Source: an uncultured bacterium (GTDB lineage: Bacteria; Krumholzibacteriota; Krumholzibacteriia; Krumholzibacteriales; Krumholzibacteriaceae). Taken from it: a stretch of 64,000 nt of DNA. Where the stretch lies: positions 1,024,001 to 1,088,000 of the forward strand of contig CAWBAN010000001.1 of NCBI GenBank assembly GCA_963786935.1, given 5' to 3'. The notes under the pieces were generated by a model. The model was not told where the DNA came from, searched no databases, and saw nothing but the letters and a program-made list of their open reading frames with translations. Shown here piece after piece: positions 62,740 through 64,000 of this stretch. Position 1 is the first letter of the stretch; each line of letters starts with the position of its first letter. The position numbers and the translations under genes were made by a program.

Positions 62740-63609
62740 CTATTGCATCGGCTTCCGCCCGACAACCCTCACGCTCGCCACCTTGCCGGCGATCTCATCG
62801 AGCGCGGCGTCGGTTCTCTCGGGGGGAATCCCCATCCCGCCGCAGCACGAGCCTTCGCCCTCCGCGGCGTCCGATACGAGAAGCGCGGCGAGCTGCGCCC
62901 GATCGTACACGAGACGATCGTTGACGGCAACCTCGATGAGACCCGCCGCGCGGAGCCCGTCGAGATAGTCCGCTTCGGGTATCGCGCCCGTAATGCACGC
63001 CGAGTACAGCGCCCCCAGCTCGACGACCCACGCCGGGAGCTTCTCCGTGACGATGTCCGATATCGAAATGCGCCCGCCCGGCTTGAGCACGCGCGCGATT
63101 TCCCCGAACACCTTCTCCTTTTCGGGAGAAAGATTGATGACGCAATTCGATATCACGAGATCGACGGAGCCCGATTCGACGGGCAGCTTCTCGATGAGCC
63201 CCTCCCGCACATCGACGTTCGAGAGCCCCGCCCCGGCGGCGTTCCGCCGCGCGCGCTCGATCATGGCGGGGGTCATATCGACGCCGATCACGCGCCCCCG
63301 GGGACCCGCGAGCTTCGCGGCGAGCAGGAGGTCGATGCCGGCGCCCGATCCGAGATCGAGCACCGTATCCCCCTCCCGGATCGCGGCGAGAGCCACCGGA
63401 TTCCCGCAGCCGAAGGAATTGACGACCGCGTCCGGGGGAAGCGCCGCCATCTCCTCGCGGCTGTACCCCGCGAGCTTCGCGGCGACGCCCGTCGAGACGG
63501 GCCCGCCGCAGCAACCGCACCCGCACCCGCATTCCCGCGAAGACGACTTCTCCACGGCGCGGGCATAGCTCTTTGATACGTCGTGCCGGATCTTGTCCGC
63601 TTTTTTCAT
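62740..63609 (-). CDS. arsM: Arsenite methyltransferase-like SAM-dependent methyltransferase
   Basis: SFGCGNP, LDLGSGAGID, SNCVINL, ACITGA; Cys-rich N-terminus. Confidence 0.85.
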   Translation of the reverse strand: MKKADKIRHDVSKSYARAVEKSSSRECGCGCGCCGGPVSTGVAAKLAGYSREEMAALPPDAVVNSFGCGNPVALAAIREGDTVLDLGSGAGIDLLLAAKLAGPRGRVIGVDMTPAMIERARRNAAGAGLSNVDVREGLIEKLPVESGSVDLVISNCVINLSPEKEKVFGEIARVLKPGGRISISDIVTEKLPAWVVELGALYSACITGAIPEADYLDGLRAAGLIEVAVNDRLVYDRAQLAALLVSDAAEGEGSCCGGMGIPPERTDAALDEIAGKVASVRVVGRKPMQ

Positions 63610-63613
63610 CGCA

Positions 63614-63994
63614 CTACCTCCCGCATCCGTTCCCGCCGCCGTGATGGCCGCATGCGTCGCCCGGGGTGACTTCGGCGAGCGTCCCGCTCTTCAGCAGCTC
63701 GACGTTCTCCCTGATCGTTCCGGGCGCCGCGCGATAGACTCGTATCCCCCCCGCGTTCAGCATCATCAGGGCCCGCATGCCGATGCCGCCGACCACGATC
63801 GCATCGATGCTCCGGCCTTCGATCGATGCAAGCGGATGACACATGCCGTGCTCGTGAGCGCCGTTCCCGTTGCCGATGACATCGGTCGTCCCGGTACCGA
63901 TATCATGAATCACGAAATGCGAGCACGATCCGAAATGACCGTGCGGCATTCCTTCCAAGCCATTCTCGTCCATCGTCGGAATGCATACTCTCAT
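63614..63994 (-). CDS. NifB/NifX-family (FeMo-co biosynthesis-like) protein
   Basis: MRVCIPT..HFG..GGIG; His/Cys-rich tail. Confidence 0.88.
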   Translation of the reverse strand: MRVCIPTMDENGLEGMPHGHFGSCSHFVIHDIGTGTTDVIGNGNGAHEHGMCHPLASIEGRSIDAIVVGGIGMRALMMLNAGGIRVYRAAPGTIRENVELLKSGTLAEVTPGDACGHHGGGNGCGR

Positions 63995-64000
63995 GCCCGA

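Noticed and set aside
62740..63609. Selenoprotein form of ArsM
   Set aside because: The ORF is open end to end with Cys codons; there is no internal TGA.
1..64000. CRISPR array, prophage, integrase or IS element
   Set aside because: No regularly spaced repeats and no cas, phage, recombinase or transposase motifs were recognised.

Overview
GC-rich bacterial chromosomal window, mostly minus-strand housekeeping genes. Gene content (diderm Omp85/TAM genes, HrcA/CIRCE, tRNA-Sec, anaerobic enzymes) is compatible with an anaerobic FCB-related lineage; this is inference only. Left to right: pcrA (partial); peptidase/PD40/Omp85 protein, tamB and tamA-like gene; rseP-dxr-cdsA-uppS-frr-pyrH-tsf-rpsB-rpsI-rplM; mtnA-maf-dtd-recJ; RNase P RNA; rnhA and a zinc-ribbon gene; a small accessory islet; tRNA-Ile(CAU); rpoD-dnaG-mutS2-cvpA-yqeY-rsmE; dnaJ-dnaK-grpE-hrcA with CIRCE; two tandem lepB; tRNA-Sec; ridA-glmS-glmM. 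The last 17 kb are the most unusual. First, a pyruvate:ferredoxin oxidoreductase operon has an H-cluster-less HydCBA/NuoEFG-like (Bfu-type) module between porB and porC, downstream of acs. Second, a divergent glutamate dehydrogenase gene is followed by two PEP-synthase-like ATP-grasp proteins lacking the substrate barrel, one with an N-terminal GAF-like domain and a C-terminal nucleotidyltransferase domain. Several 1-nt indels (dnaG, glmS, and many in 48.5-51.8 kb) look like assembly errors. No CRISPR array, integrase or transposase was seen.
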